A DNA stretch of 64,000 nucleotides from Fimicolochytrium jonesii. Taxonomy: Eukaryota. The position numbers and the translations under genes were made by a program. Shown piece after piece: positions 39,586 to 51,632 of the stretch (the stretch's first letter is position 1; the number at the start of each line of letters is the position of its first letter). The stretch lies in assembly GCF_025526975.1 (NCBI RefSeq), contig NW_026515693.1:248001-312000 (forward strand). Direction: 5' to 3'. The notes beneath the pieces are model-generated. The model worked only from the letters and a program-made list of their open reading frames with translations. It made no database searches and was not told the DNA's origin.

Positions 39586-40393
39586 TCATTTGTATTTTTC
39601 ATGTTGTCCATCCTCCACTCTTTTCCAATGACTTCCATCGCAAAAGGTTCTCTTCATCCCGTACGAGCATGTATCATATCTGTGCGGCTGCTGCTGCTGT
39701 TGTTGTGCTAAATAAGCTTGCAACTGTGCTGTTGAGATGGTGCCGGTTGCTAAACCCGCTAGAGTCGCCTGATTTGTGTTGGGCGGTGATCTTGTTTGCG
39801 CTTGGGGAGGCGAGGGATGCGCTTTTGGGTGGTAGGGAGGTTGGCGATCAATAGGTACGCCGAGTTCCACACATGTTACACTCCACACATTTCCCCCAAT
39901 TGTGGTGGCCGCAGTCCGCCCTAGAACAGAACCAGTCTCCTGCTTGCCAACCGGGCGGGAGGCGGCGCAGTGTGCGGGGGGTGTGGGGGGGAGTGTTGTA
40001 CAGGGGTGGGGTGGGGTGGGGGGTAGTAGGTTTGGGCCGCTGTTATGTTGGGCGCATGTCGTAACCGCCGTAACCGCCACCTCCGTAACCGCCACTGCCG
40101 CCGCCGCCGCCGCACCCTCCATATCCACCGGTCGCACCACCGCATGTCGATGATACCCGCTGGGCGGTGCCGTGATAGAGAGTCTGCGCCAAACGATCCG
40201 CAAAAGTCGAGAACCGGGATGGCCGCTTGAGGGGAACCATCAGACGGACTTCCATGCGCATGCGGTTTTCGGCAAGAAAGATTGCCTCATTCTCCACTTT
40301 TGCGGCAAACCCAACATCGGCGGAAGTGAGTCGACCGATCTCTTCCAGCGGCTTGGTCTCCAGTTTCACTCTCTCCACCGCAAAGCTATACAC
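39586..40393 (-). pseudogene. Disrupted Gly-rich / RanBP2-type zinc-finger ORF
   Basis: GGYGGGGYGGY repeat, TAA at 40043-40045, then the same frame continues to GDWFCSRADCGHHNWGKCVECNMCG; polyQ tail lies in another frame. Confidence 0.6.
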
Positions 40394-40471
40394 TGTATCC
40401 CGCTTTATCGTCCCGCCTTATCCCTGCCCGAAGAGTGCCCAAGGTGGTCGTAATTCCCTGCTGATTCCAGT

Positions 40472-40498
40472 GCGCTCTGCCATTTGAGCTATTTCCCC
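40472..40498 (-). repeat. 5' fragment (27 nt) of tRNA-Ala, inverted relative to the intact gene
   Basis: GGGGAAATAGCTCAAATGGCAGAGCGC is 26/27 identical to 39313-39339; no anticodon or T arm follows. Confidence 0.85.
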
Positions 40499-41401
40499 AA
40501 GTTGATGTTCCCGGATTTTTTACAGGCGGAAACCCTCTTGCCCAACGCACGTGGTTTTCTACGAGCCCATGCTCCTAAGCTCGAATAATGTTCAGCGCCC
40601 TGGTGAGATCCCGCAGAAGTATAGCTGCTTCCCTTTCGAAAACACTCTCGTTCCGGCGTGTGTTCGACCGTCGTGCCGGACTAAAGGGGCATTGTAAATG
40701 ATCGTGTATCATACATCCATTTCCATCTGCGCAAAAAGGTGCCCCGTGTAGCTTATAGTATGTACTGTATGGTTGCAGACGAGGTACGGAATCACAAAAC
40801 TTCCATACCAGCGTCCAAGCTTCTCGCTTTCTGCGCTCTTGTTCCTCCTCTTGAATATCAAAAGCCGAATTGGCATAGTCCGCGTCTTTCCCAGAGGCCC
40901 CGATGGAGAACCTTGAAGCGTTTCATCAACAAGATGACCCGTGGGTGAAACGCATCAAGATCCTGCACAGAGCTGCTTGATAGATCTCGAATACGACGAG
41001 ATACGTGAAGTTGAGGTGCAAAACATGCCGTAACGCCTCCGAAGGTGGATGAACTGTGCTTGAGGGATCTGGACGTGGTGCTGCTGTGGCTGCTGGCTGC
41101 GTGATGGAGCGGGTTTGTCAGGTCAAGGTGTCCACCGGAGGGGTTGTTTTGCGGTGGAGAAACCTGAGAACCGCGGGCCAGTCAAGAAGTTCCGCGTGGC
41201 TTTCTGAGGGCCATCCGCCTTGACGACGCTTTCCGTCGAGAACTCGCTTTCCTCGCTTTCTGCTTCATATCTGAGGAGACCTGAGCCCTTGGTCCTTTCT
41301 TCCTCATCAACACCCCCACGAAAGCCTCTAGCTCCGTTACACTTTTTGGATAGATCCCGTATACGCACAAGGTGACAAGTCGGACTTCAGATCGTCGTTA
41401 A

Positions 41402-44186
41402 ATGTCCGCTTCCCTCGCCACCGCGGTGGGATCTTCCGCCGCTACCGCAGTGCGGAGAAGAGCATCAAGCATAGCTCCCACCCCCAAGTGCTGGCTCCTT
41501 AGCACCTCCCCCATTTCCACTCAAGCTTCCTCCCTGCGGAATCTGTTTTACCGGTCAGCAGTTCCACTGCCTGCTTCCCCACTGTCCTCGCTACAACCTC
41601 AATTAGCAGCGCGTCTTCTCGGAGCACAGCCGTCACAGCGACAGTCGATATGGCAAAGCAGGGGCATGGCTACGGGTAACTCACCCCGTCGGGGCGATAA
41701 GAAGAAGGAAGAGGACGAGGAGGACGATGGGAAAATCGAGATTAAGCTCCCGCCAGGGTTTGAACACTTTGTAAACCCAAAGGGATCGAAGAAATCAGCC
41801 TCGGCGACATCGGCAAAGGAGAAGGACGGAAAGAAGGAGAAGGAGTCGGAGCAAAATAAGAGGGACGAGGAAGAGGATGAGGAGGCCGAGGAAAAGGAGA
41901 CTCAAAGGAGAAGGAAGAGGAAGCAAAGCGGTGATGGTATGTACTTTGGAGCTGGGCACTTCGCAAAAAAGACAACATCGTGTGCAGCAAGCACTCGAAT
42001 AATCGTTTACAACGCTCATAGTTATTCTCGTCTGACGTCTCACAGGCAAAAACAAGCCCGACACGCCAATCGAGATATATACGTTCAAAATCAACCCACA
42101 GATGATCTTGTTCTATGGGATCCCCGCAGCGTTCCTGGCCTACAACATGTACTCTGGCATGGCGCAGGAGCAGCAGATCACCTTCCAGGATTTCCGTGCA
42201 AACATGCTCGAGAAGGGTTACGTGGACCATCTGGAAGTCGTGAATCACAACACCGTTCGGGTATATCTGCGTCCTGACGCACCTCAGCTGCGCTCGTCCC
42301 CGAAGGGCGCAATGCCCGCCCACGTGGCTCACTACTACTTCACGATCGGATCCACCGAGTCCTTTGAGAACCAGCTTGAGGCCGCACAGCGCGAGCTTGG
42401 CATCCCACCTCGCGAACGTATTCCCGTTACTTACGCCAATGAGGTCTCGGCTACTTCGCTGTTGATCAACCTCGCACCCACGGTCCTTACGCTAGGTCTG
42501 TTGTTGTGGCTCTCGAGGCGGGCGATGGGCGGTTCGAACGCCGGTCAGGGTATATTCGGCGTCGGAAAGTCTCGCGCAAAGTTGTTCAACCAGGAGACTG
42601 ACGTGAAGGTCAAGTTCAAGGATGTGGCTGGAATGGACGAGGCGAAGGAGGAGATTATGGAGTTCGTCAAGTTCCTGAAGGATCCCAAGCGCTACGAACG
42701 TCTCGGAGCAAAGATTCCCAGAGGTGCCATCTTGTCTGGCCCACCTGGAACCGGAAAGACCCTGCTTGCCAAAGCGACCGCTGGAGAGGCCGAAACTCCT
42801 TTCCTCAGTGTATCGGGATCCGAGTTCGTTGAGATGTTTGTCGGTGTCGGATCTTCCCGTGTTCGTGACCTGTTTACCAACGCCAAGAAGCATGCTCCAT
42901 GCATTATCTTCATTGATGAGATTGACGCCATCGGAAAGGCCCGTGGCAAGGGAGGATTCGCCAGCGGTGGTCATGACGAACGTGAATCGACTCTCAACCA
43001 GCTTTTGGTCGAGATGGACGGTTTCGGATCCAACGAGAACGTGGTTGTTCTCGCCGGTACGAACAGGCCAGACGTCCTGGACCCGGCTCTGTTGCGTCCT
43101 GGTCGTTTCGACAGGCACATCAACATCGACCGTCCCGACATTAAGGGACGAGTCGAGATATTCAAAGTCCATCTTCGCCCCATCAAGACCAACGAGGATA
43201 TTGAGCGGCTCGCCAAGAAGCTCGCGGCGCTGACACCCGGCTTCTCCGGAGCCGACGTGCACAACGTCTGCAATGAAGCTGCCCTCATCGCCGCTCGTAA
43301 CCTTGCTGACTCGGTGACCGAAAAGCACTTCGAAGCCGCCATCGAGCGAGTAGTCGCAGGTCTGGAGAAGAAGACCCGCGTCCTATCCCCCGAAGAAAAG
43401 AACATCGTCGCCCACCACGAAGCCGGCCACGCCGTCGCCGGTTGGTTCCTCCAACATGCCCACCCCCTCCTCAAAGTTTCCATCATCCCCCGCGGCGTCG
43501 GCGCCCTCGGTTACGCCCAGTACCTCCCCAAAGAAGATTACCTCCACTCCACCGCCCAAATGCTCGACATGATGTGCATGACCCTCGGCGGTCGCGCCTC
43601 CGAATCCATCTTCTTCCCTGACATCACCACCGGCGCCTCGGACGACCTGCAGCGTGTGACCAAGATGGCCTACGCCCAGGTGATGACCTACGGCATGACT
43701 GAGCGTCTCGGCAACATCTCCTACGGAAACCCCAACGGACAGCAGGAGTCGTTCCAGAAGCCGTATTCTGAGGAGACGGCCCGCCTGATTGATGAGGAAG
43801 TGAGGAGTATCATTGCTAAGGCGTACGAGCGCACTGTGAAGCTGTTGACGGAGAGGAAAGATGCCGTGGATAAGGTTGCAAAGTTGTTGCTGGAGAAGGA
43901 GGTTATTGGACGGGAGGATATGATGAGGCTGTTGGGTCCCAGGTAAAGCTTTCAGATCTCTGCTACCCGGTGATCTAGCGTCTGCAGAATTCGATTTTCT
44001 AACATTCATCCTCCCCACAGACAATGGTCCGATGGCAACAACTTTGTCGAATACTTTGGCGAGCCGCCATTCCAAGACCCCAACGCGTCCCCGATCGAGG
44101 AAGAGCTCAAGAAGCAGCGCGAGGGCAAGGATCTGAATGTTGATGGGAAGGATGTTGGGACGCCTCCACCGGCTCCTAAGATGTAG
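41402..44186 (+). CDS. Mitochondrial m-AAA protease subunit (Afg3/Yta12, AFG3L2-like), 3 exons
   Basis: [48 protein letters not shown] zinc motif, presequence and two TM segments. Confidence 0.95.
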
Positions 44187-44965
44187 AGAAGACCCCACGA
44201 CCTACCCTATTCCCTCAGCCCATTTCGGGCGGTTCTCAGCCGCACCATGTTCATGCGTCGCTCTCCCTGCATATGTCTCTGCTGCGACCACGAAACACTT
44301 GGGGAACCGATCCCATGGGAGTCGGCAGATTCGATCGACACCGGGATACATACACCCACTCAATCCCCATGCATTCTTATGCATACCCATACGCATACAC
44401 ACCGTGTCCTTTCAGGCAGTGCTCCCGCTATCCAAATACACCCCTTCCTTTGCGTTGAAACCTGATACTGTATTGTATGATTTCTCATGTATGTTTTTTT
44501 CCATTTAATATATGAGTTTGATGATAATGTGGGGCCTTGGTCTGGATTGAATGGTCTGTGGAAAGGAAGAACGCGTTATTGCCGTGAGAGGAAAACGCGT
44601 AGCGTAAGCAAGAATATGCTTTTTTCGTCATGTCCGTAGGCCAAGTGTGACCCGCCTCAGTATGCGTTTACGCTCCTTCCGACAATTATAACGGCCAGGA
44701 CAAAAGTGCCTCCAACGCATGCACATTGCAAATCCATGGAGTTCCGCTCCCGGATTTAAATGCGCGTTGCTAGCGTTTTCATGGATTTTCGACGGAGTTC
44801 CAAGAATCGGCCATATATTAAAGGAATAGTGTGTTGCGGAAAACAGAAAAGCAATGCAAAATCATGAAACCGGAGTGGAAAATACTTAATCTATCTATAT
44901 ATACAGGTCATGAGGCGATGAGGCGGGTTGAGATGAAATCAGTCTAGCTAGAGTTTCCGGGGGTA

Positions 44966-46144
44966 TTATTCTGAGATCGTGAGCGTTGAGATCTTGGTGT
45001 GCGTTTCCTGCCCCTCCAACCACCTCTCACAATCAAGGGCAGCCATGCATCCGCTTCCAGCGGCCGTGATTGCCTGCCTGTACGTCCTGTCCTGCACATC
45101 ACCACAAGCAAACACGCCTTCGATGTTTGTGTATGTGGATGGCACGCCCGCATTGGGCTTGACCTTGATGTAACCGACGTCATCGAGGTCTAATTGCTTT
45201 CCGAAGACGGCGGTGTTGGGTGTATGGCCGATGGCGTAGAAGAGACCGTTGACGTCCATGGTGGTTTGCTTCTTTGTCACTGTGTCCTCGATGACGAGTT
45301 GTTTGAGGAGACGGTCACCTTTGGCTTCTACGGGTACCTTGTTCCAGAGCACCTCCACCTTCGGGTGGGCGAGCAGGCGATCGGCCATGACCTTCGACGC
45401 GCGGAGTTTGTTGGAGCGGACGAGGACGTAGACTTTTGAAGCGTATTTTGTGAGGAACGTTGCCTCTTCGGATGCAGAGTCGCCGCCGCCGACGACGACG
45501 AGAGGCTTGTTGCGAAAGATGGGCACGGCGCCGTCGCAGACTGCGCAGGCGGAGATGCCGGCTTGCCAGAACGTTTCCTCGCCGGCAATGTGAAGCTGGA
45601 AAGGTGTGAAGAAGTGCAATGGTCAGCGCACGGCTCGTTCCCTATTCCGCATGAACTGTCATGAGACCTACCCTCTTAGCAGTGGCACCCGTGGCAATAA
45701 CGACGGCATCAGCCAAAATGGCGTCGTTATCCTCCACATCGCTTCCTTCCCTCCATAGCTTGAAGGGCCTCACGCTCAAGTCAACCTTAGATATAGTTTC
45801 TGTGAAGATCTTCGTGCCGAATTTCTCCGACTGCTTGCGCATCTGGTCCATAAGTTCGGGGCCGGAAAGACCGTCAGGAAAACCGGGGAAGTTCTCGATC
45901 TCGGTTGTCGTTGTGAGCTGTCCACCAGCTGCGACTCCAGCTGCCATGAAACCTAGAGTTTGCGCAACATGGTGAGCAAAGAAGTGCGTGAGAAAAAAAC
46001 GGCGGAAAGTGTGTATTCGTCCATACCTTCAAACATGACAGGGTTGACGTTGGCACGAGCCAAGTAGATGGCGGCGGTGTGGCCAGCAGGGCCTGACCCG
46101 ACAATGACCACCCGGTAATGTTCTTGCTTTGCGATAGGAGCCAT
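44966..46144 (-). CDS. TRR1: Thioredoxin reductase, low-molecular-weight type, 3 exons
   Basis: [47 protein letters not shown]...QAITAAGSG. Confidence 0.96.
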
Positions 46145-46180
46145 GGTATGAGCAGATAGGAGTTGTGTTGAAAAGGTACG

Positions 46181-46494
46181 TGAGTAAGTGAAGTTCGGCT
46201 GGTCGGGTAGCAGAGAGGGTTTCTTGGAGCTGGACGAACTGGGGATGGCAAGCAGCGTCTCGTCCCCTTATATAGTATTCGGGAGGCGAGAGGCGGCGAG
46301 GCAGCTCCGCCGACCGGAGGCAGTAACTTGCTCATTTGGAGGATATCCAGCCGTAGAATACTATACTGGAAGTTGGTGGAGGCCTGCGGCGGTTACTAAA
46401 TGCAAAGCTCCACCTCCGACGTTACATATTTTACGAGGAAGCTCCGCTATCCGGCGATCCCAAAGGACGCAAATGCGCAGTCCGCGTTTACTCA
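46181..46494 (-). promoter_or_regulatory. TRR1 promoter: TATA box and three Yap1/Pap1-type elements
   Basis: TATATAAG on minus strand at about 46267-46274; TGAGTAA 46181-46187, TTACTAA 46393-46399, TTACTCA 46488-46494. Confidence 0.45.
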
Positions 46495-46847
46495 TCACCA
46501 CATGTCACGTGGCCTCACGCGTATTGCGCTCACATAATGGCAGGGACAGCTTATGTACTGTACAACACGGCGGACGCGTTATAGAATCTGGCTAATGATG
46601 GCTCTCACTACATGGCGTCCCGCCACAAAATTTACAAGTGTTGGCTGTCCGGTCCTATCGCATTGCTCTCTGCCTTCTTCAGATTACCGATAAAGAGTCT
46701 TCCTGTCAAGCCCACTGTGAACTCCATTCATGTGCCAAATACAGTGCCTTTAAACGAGTGCTCCGCTTCACACCCCTGCCTTCCTACAAAATCCTATCCC
46801 CACCTCCCTATCCAAAAACGATAGTTCTGCCCTGTAAACACCCGCGT

Positions 46848-48749
46848 CTACAACCTCTCCACCATCAACAAAAACAAAACAACCCAAGCAGTCAGTACCG
46901 GTATGCACACTAAATAGCTGTAGGACAGCAGCCGCGCCGTGCGGTTCTCGTGGTTTCGTTGCGCCTGCGACATATTCATGATGTTGAGGGCTGTGGGGCA
47001 GGCGCTGAGGAGCATCATTGCTGTGGGAAATGATTCATACGTTAGGAGCTAGTGTCCCCGGTTTCAAAAAGATTGAAAAAGACAGCCAAACATACCTATC
47101 AAAAACGTCCGATCATGCCCCAACGGAATGAAATCACCCGCCGTCCACAGAAAACCCCCCACCGCCAACGGCATAAGCATCATCCGAATCACCATCACAA
47201 CCACCGCATCCTTCACAACTCCTTCCTCGCTCGGCCCCTCCGCAACCGCCTGCATGCTCCCCAACTGCCCTCCCAGGGTCAGTATAATGATGGGTACGGA
47301 CGCCTCGCCGAGCGAATACAGCGGGTCGGTGATCATTTCCTCTAGTGGCGCGTCGATAGTCGTGTCGGGGCCGAAGAAGAGGGCTTTGAGGGGTGGGATG
47401 ATTCCGACGACGATGGCGAAGAGGGCGGCGTAGAGGGGCGGGTTCATGATGTCCTTTATGGTTTCTTTGAAGTTTGCCCAGCGGGTTTTGGAGATGTTGT
47501 CTTGGATTTCGCGCGGGCTGGGTGGGGAGATGCTGTTTACGAAGTCACCGCTGGAGACAGGCGGAGGGAGCAACGGGCTCCGTTCGTCCGAGTCCGGTCC
47601 AATGGGTGTTCGTTGCTTGAAGAAGTCCTGCAGGTCTTCTGAGGAGGTGAAGACTTGAGAACGCCGGCGACATCTCGCTGCAAAGGTGTTTCTATCACTG
47701 TCGGGTACACCGGCTACAATCGCGTCGCCAGGGAACAGGGTTTCCTGGTCCACGGCCGTGTCTTCGCTTGCCGTTTCCACGATGGACGGTGTATCCCGGC
47801 TGTCGTTGGCAGTAAGCACCGGAGTGGCAGCATCCTGCGGGCTTTTGGCGAGCAGCTGATAGCAGACAGTCCATCTTAAGATATTGCTGAAGAGACTGTA
47901 AAACAACACGAATGCAATGCCGCGCCGGGCGACATGTTCCGAGGAGTGCTTTGAATGGGGATCCAGAACGGACCGTGACCCTGGATCTCGTGCGAGGGAA
48001 TGCATGATGCCGACCTGCAGACGGGATATGCGTTAGATCTTATAGTAAGCTTTCAAGACTCTGACCAGTGTGCCATACCGGCAAGCTGTTTGTATTCGAC
48101 ATCATCACAGCCGACATGATGAATCGCATCCGCCCTCTCGGTATCCCCAAATATTTGCTGATAACAAACGACAGCCCGGCTCCGATCGACGTATTTGCGA
48201 TAAACAGAGCTAGAACGAAGCGACGGATGGTTGGTTAGATGGTTAACCGGAGCGATGGATGGGGAGCAAAGAGTGAGTGGCTAATTGGGTGAGTGATTGG
48301 ATGGGCGGATGCCGCTCGACAAGAAGGTTCGGCTGGGTGGATGAGGGGAGTACTGGGCCTTCGGTGTAAAGCGATGCTCGCTTCGCTCGCTAAGAGCCGT
48401 AATCACGAGCATTGCGCCTTTGGCGCAAAGAACTCGCTCCGCTCGCCGCAGTCCGCCTTCGCTTCCTCGATGACCATCGGACTGCCGGACCAAACCAACC
48501 TCGCTAACGCTCGCGGCACTCACCCGGTATCGGCCACCAAAGAATAAACTCCTCCAAACTAATCGTATGTGCAATCGACACAAACAACAGACACGGCGCA
48601 AGCAGCTGAACAACCAAACGTGCGAGGTCGCGTTGCATGGATAGAGGAAAGTGTCCCGAGCGCGAGTAGACCCATCCTGCGAGGACGAGGAACGCGACGG
48701 CCGCAAGGGATTGCACGGCCGCTAGGGCGAGGCTCAGGGGTGCAACCAT
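46848..48749 (-). CDS. Auxin-efflux-carrier (AEC/PILS, Ecm3-like) membrane transporter, 4 exons
   Basis: LLAPCLLFVSI, NTNSLP, RGIAFVLF...RWT, MNPPLYAALFAIVVGIIPPLK, LGEASVPIIILTLGGQL, SACPTA. Confidence 0.85.
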
Positions 48750-49286
48750 GTTGAGTGAGGTTCCGCACGGGGTGGTTGTGATCGCGTGAGCTGTGCTCGG
48801 GCTCCAGATTTACTGAGCCGGAGGTGTTTATCGAAGCCTGGTCCCTGTTATGGGTGTCCAAACCAAACCAGCGCGTCTGGATGAATGCGCTTTGCGACGC
48901 TATATTAGCGAACTGCTCAAGCGTTAGCCTATGTGGTGCCGGTGCCGTTCTGTATATGTCGTGTAAACTACTGTAGGTCGGAGTTGGGGAGTCGAGCAGG
49001 GCCGAAGATGCTGAGCGCTGTCCACATGGCACAAGATGTAGAGGCTGAAGGTTGAAACCTTTGAAACGGTGACGTAGACCGCCGCTGAAAGTGGCCTAAC
49101 GAATGATTCCCTTCAGCCCACTACATAGAAAGTGGACCGTAACCCCCTCTGACATCTTCCGAGTACGCTCCAAGGCGCAACCCCCCATTCGTCCCCTCAG
49201 TGTTGTTGTTGTTCACGAATTCCATTCGAAACCGCAAATCCGCTCGGTGTCAGAACGCTCCCACTATACACTTCCAGTCAGATCTT

Positions 49287-50003
49287 GGGAAATGCTAAAA
49301 CGACACCGGGTGTAGCCAGTTTAAAACGACACCCCTCTGAGCAGCTAAAACGACACCTCTTAGCCCGAGACCTCTTTTGCAATTGCGAACAAGTTACACC
49401 CGCATACAATTATGTTCACACTGCAGCGTACTACTCTCCATAAGGATATGGCCTTGGCGGGTTTAACAGAGATAGTAGATAGTGGAAATAGTGTTCCCAC
49501 GCTTTTTGGAGCGCCGCCTGACAACAGCATACCCTTGTGTCGCTCCGAAAGCCTGAATTGCCGGAGTCAGAGCGTCGGCTGTGGCATAGGCAACGCCGTC
49601 AACAGGGGGTGGGAGCATTCCATTCTCGCCGTTGTTGCTGTCCCCATCATTCTCCTGCATAGTCCCAGTGCTCCCATCCTGGTGCTCCCGCCTGTTGTCC
49701 TCTCCTTCTTCCTCCGAGCTGGAGTACTCCATAAGGGCTTCCATGGTTGGGTGGTAGGCTGAGCGATGCCGAGTGTCGAGTTTTCAATGCAGTCAAACCA
49801 CTGCGAGGCCGCCCCAATGCAGTCAGCCCCAAGCGAGTGATGGCAAGTTGCAGATTCCTTGCAAAAAGCTTGGCAATTGCAAAACGGATCTTGCGACGCA
49901 CTTCCGCGAGCTGTGACTGTAGCTGATTTTTGCTGCGAATGGTCTGGACGTCAGCAAGTGGGCGTCGTTTTAGTCCAAAAAGGGTGTCGTTTAAGCAATT
50001 CCC
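49287..50003 (-). mobile_element. Non-autonomous Mutator-like DNA transposon (717 bp) with FAR1-like transposase fragment
   Basis: TIR GGGAAATGCTAAAACGACACC versus GGGAATTGCTTAAACGACACC; 8-bp TSD CAGATCTT at 49279-49286 and 50004-50011; subterminal AAACGACRCC repeats; ORF 49463-49744 AIQAFGATQGYAVVRRRS...YYLC-stop. Confidence 0.88.
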
Positions 50004-50093
50004 CAGATCTTCGATGCTCTAGATCGCTTTCTATTCATTTACGTTTCCAGCGGCATGGGCAGAGAAGGTGGGTATCGTTGCGGGGAAAATACA

Positions 50094-50548
50094 CTAGTGT
50101 CCGGTCTTGTTGCCCGAGGCGTCGATGACTTTCTGCAAAATAAAAATCAGAAGAAGAGTCAGCGAATCTGCTAGAAGCGCACATGGCTTCTTCCATAGAC
50201 CCCCATCTACAGAGAACCCCAGCCAGCCGACAAAAAGTCAATTCGAAAGCTCCCGTACCGAGTCACCCTGCTTTCCATCCTTCCACACCTGCACCTTGGC
50301 GTACTGCTCCTCACGTCGGAGGGCAAGAACCTTGGCGTTTTCCTTCAAAACGTTGCGAAGCGCCTTGGCCGAGACGTTGGCGTATTGCAGGTATCTAAAG
50401 AAGGTTAGGAGAGAAAGTCAGACGCACATCAAAGTTGGAATTTGGGCGTCGACTGAAGCTCAGGTCGGGAAGGGGAATGAAGATGGGATGTGTTCTGGGA
50501 AGCTTAGGATACGTACGTCATACCAGCTTCCCTCCAGAAGAACGACAT
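50094..50548 (-). CDS. ATP15: Mitochondrial ATP synthase F1 epsilon subunit, 3 exons (absent from the ORF track)
   Basis: Spliced MSFFWREAGMT|YLQYANVSAKALRNVLKENAK...WKDGKQGDS|KVIDASGNKTGH; WRxAGxxY motif. Confidence 0.9.
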
Positions 50549-50720
50549 TGTTGGTTACGCTGTGGGGGTTTGCGTTGGGATGAATGGGAGTCGTCGTTGT
50601 TCAGCCTTGTTCAGCAGCATTAGGAACACGTATGACCAATTGTGTGGCTTGTGCGGTGGCGCAGGGCTCAGAACGGCGCTTTTCCCAGCGGCGGAGGATT
50701 GCCATCCTGATTGCATCAGA

Positions 50721-50750
50721 GAGATCCCCACGAGATCCCCACGAGATCCC
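50721..50750. repeat. 11-bp tandem repeat (GAGATCCCCAC x2.7) upstream of ATP15
   Basis: Directly visible. Confidence 0.8.
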
Positions 50751-51632
50751 GTCTGCAGCAGATCCAGCATGTTAGCGGAGGCAGCAGCCCGTCGCAAAGA
50801 CCATGGACCTCCTTACCATCTTTGCGACCGTCTGCTCTCCATCCCGCACCGTGGTACTGCGTGCAATACATCCTTACCCACGCAAAAGCAGGACCAACCA
50901 AAGTGTTCGACCCACCGAAAAACCCCCCACTCTCACGCAGGCCTAAAACCCCTGCGAGTCCGTGGCCGTTTCTCACCGCCCCATTCCAGGGGTCCTAGTC
51001 GATCAACGGCCCGACGACGGCGTTCTGCCAGAGTTACCGTGTGCTTTGTACTTGTTGGTCCTAAGGGGGTGGCTGTTTTCCGGACACCCTCTTTCTGTGA
51101 TATCTTTTCGTCCTTGGCGAGAGGAACATGGAGCGTTGCTAGATTGAATCATCATGGGTATCATAGTACGTCGGTGGTTCGCAAATTACGCTTTGACCTC
51201 GGCGCCTCCATTCACCCGGACATGTGATTTTGGTGTGATTTGCATGACTTTGATTTTGATGTGAGATGATGGATTGATGTGATTCGGTCGATCTCGAGCC
51301 ACTGGGGACCGAATAATGAACAACAGAGATCATATCATTTACGCACTTCCAAAACTAAAAACTCTGCATGCCCTCTGAGGTGGCATTCTATGTGATAAAG
51401 ATATCCAAAAACTTCTGCGGTCGGAAATGTTTACCGCAATGCCTCGGGAGCTCTTTTCGCTCCCCACAAGACACTCTTTTTCCCCTCTCTTTCCTGACAA
51501 CGGGTTGATGCCAGCAAACACGTACGATGGATGCCACTCGACTCCTCCTCCTGAATTTTTTGCCGAAACTCGATGATGGTGTTTCCTTTCCCCTCCCATC
51601 GGCCCGTGTTGATGCTGTGAGCCTCCTCGGAT

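Noticed and set aside
39975..40023. G-quadruplex-like G-runs
   Set aside because: Explained by Pro/His/Thr codons of the minus-strand relic
42492..44198. Long minus-strand ORFs (278 and 271 aa) opposite the m-AAA gene
   Set aside because: Antisense shadows of a codon-biased CDS; no motifs
44966..45050. Selenocysteine tail on thioredoxin reductase
   Set aside because: Low-molecular-weight CAVC enzyme ending in TAA, with no GC-TGA-G motif
49297..49357. Spaced AAAACGACACC repeats as a CRISPR-like array
   Set aside because: Only 11 bp, mirrored at the other end; these are transposon subterminal repeats in a eukaryote
50562..51227. 221-aa plus-strand ORF
   Set aside because: GTG start, atypical composition, overlaps the ATP15 promoter
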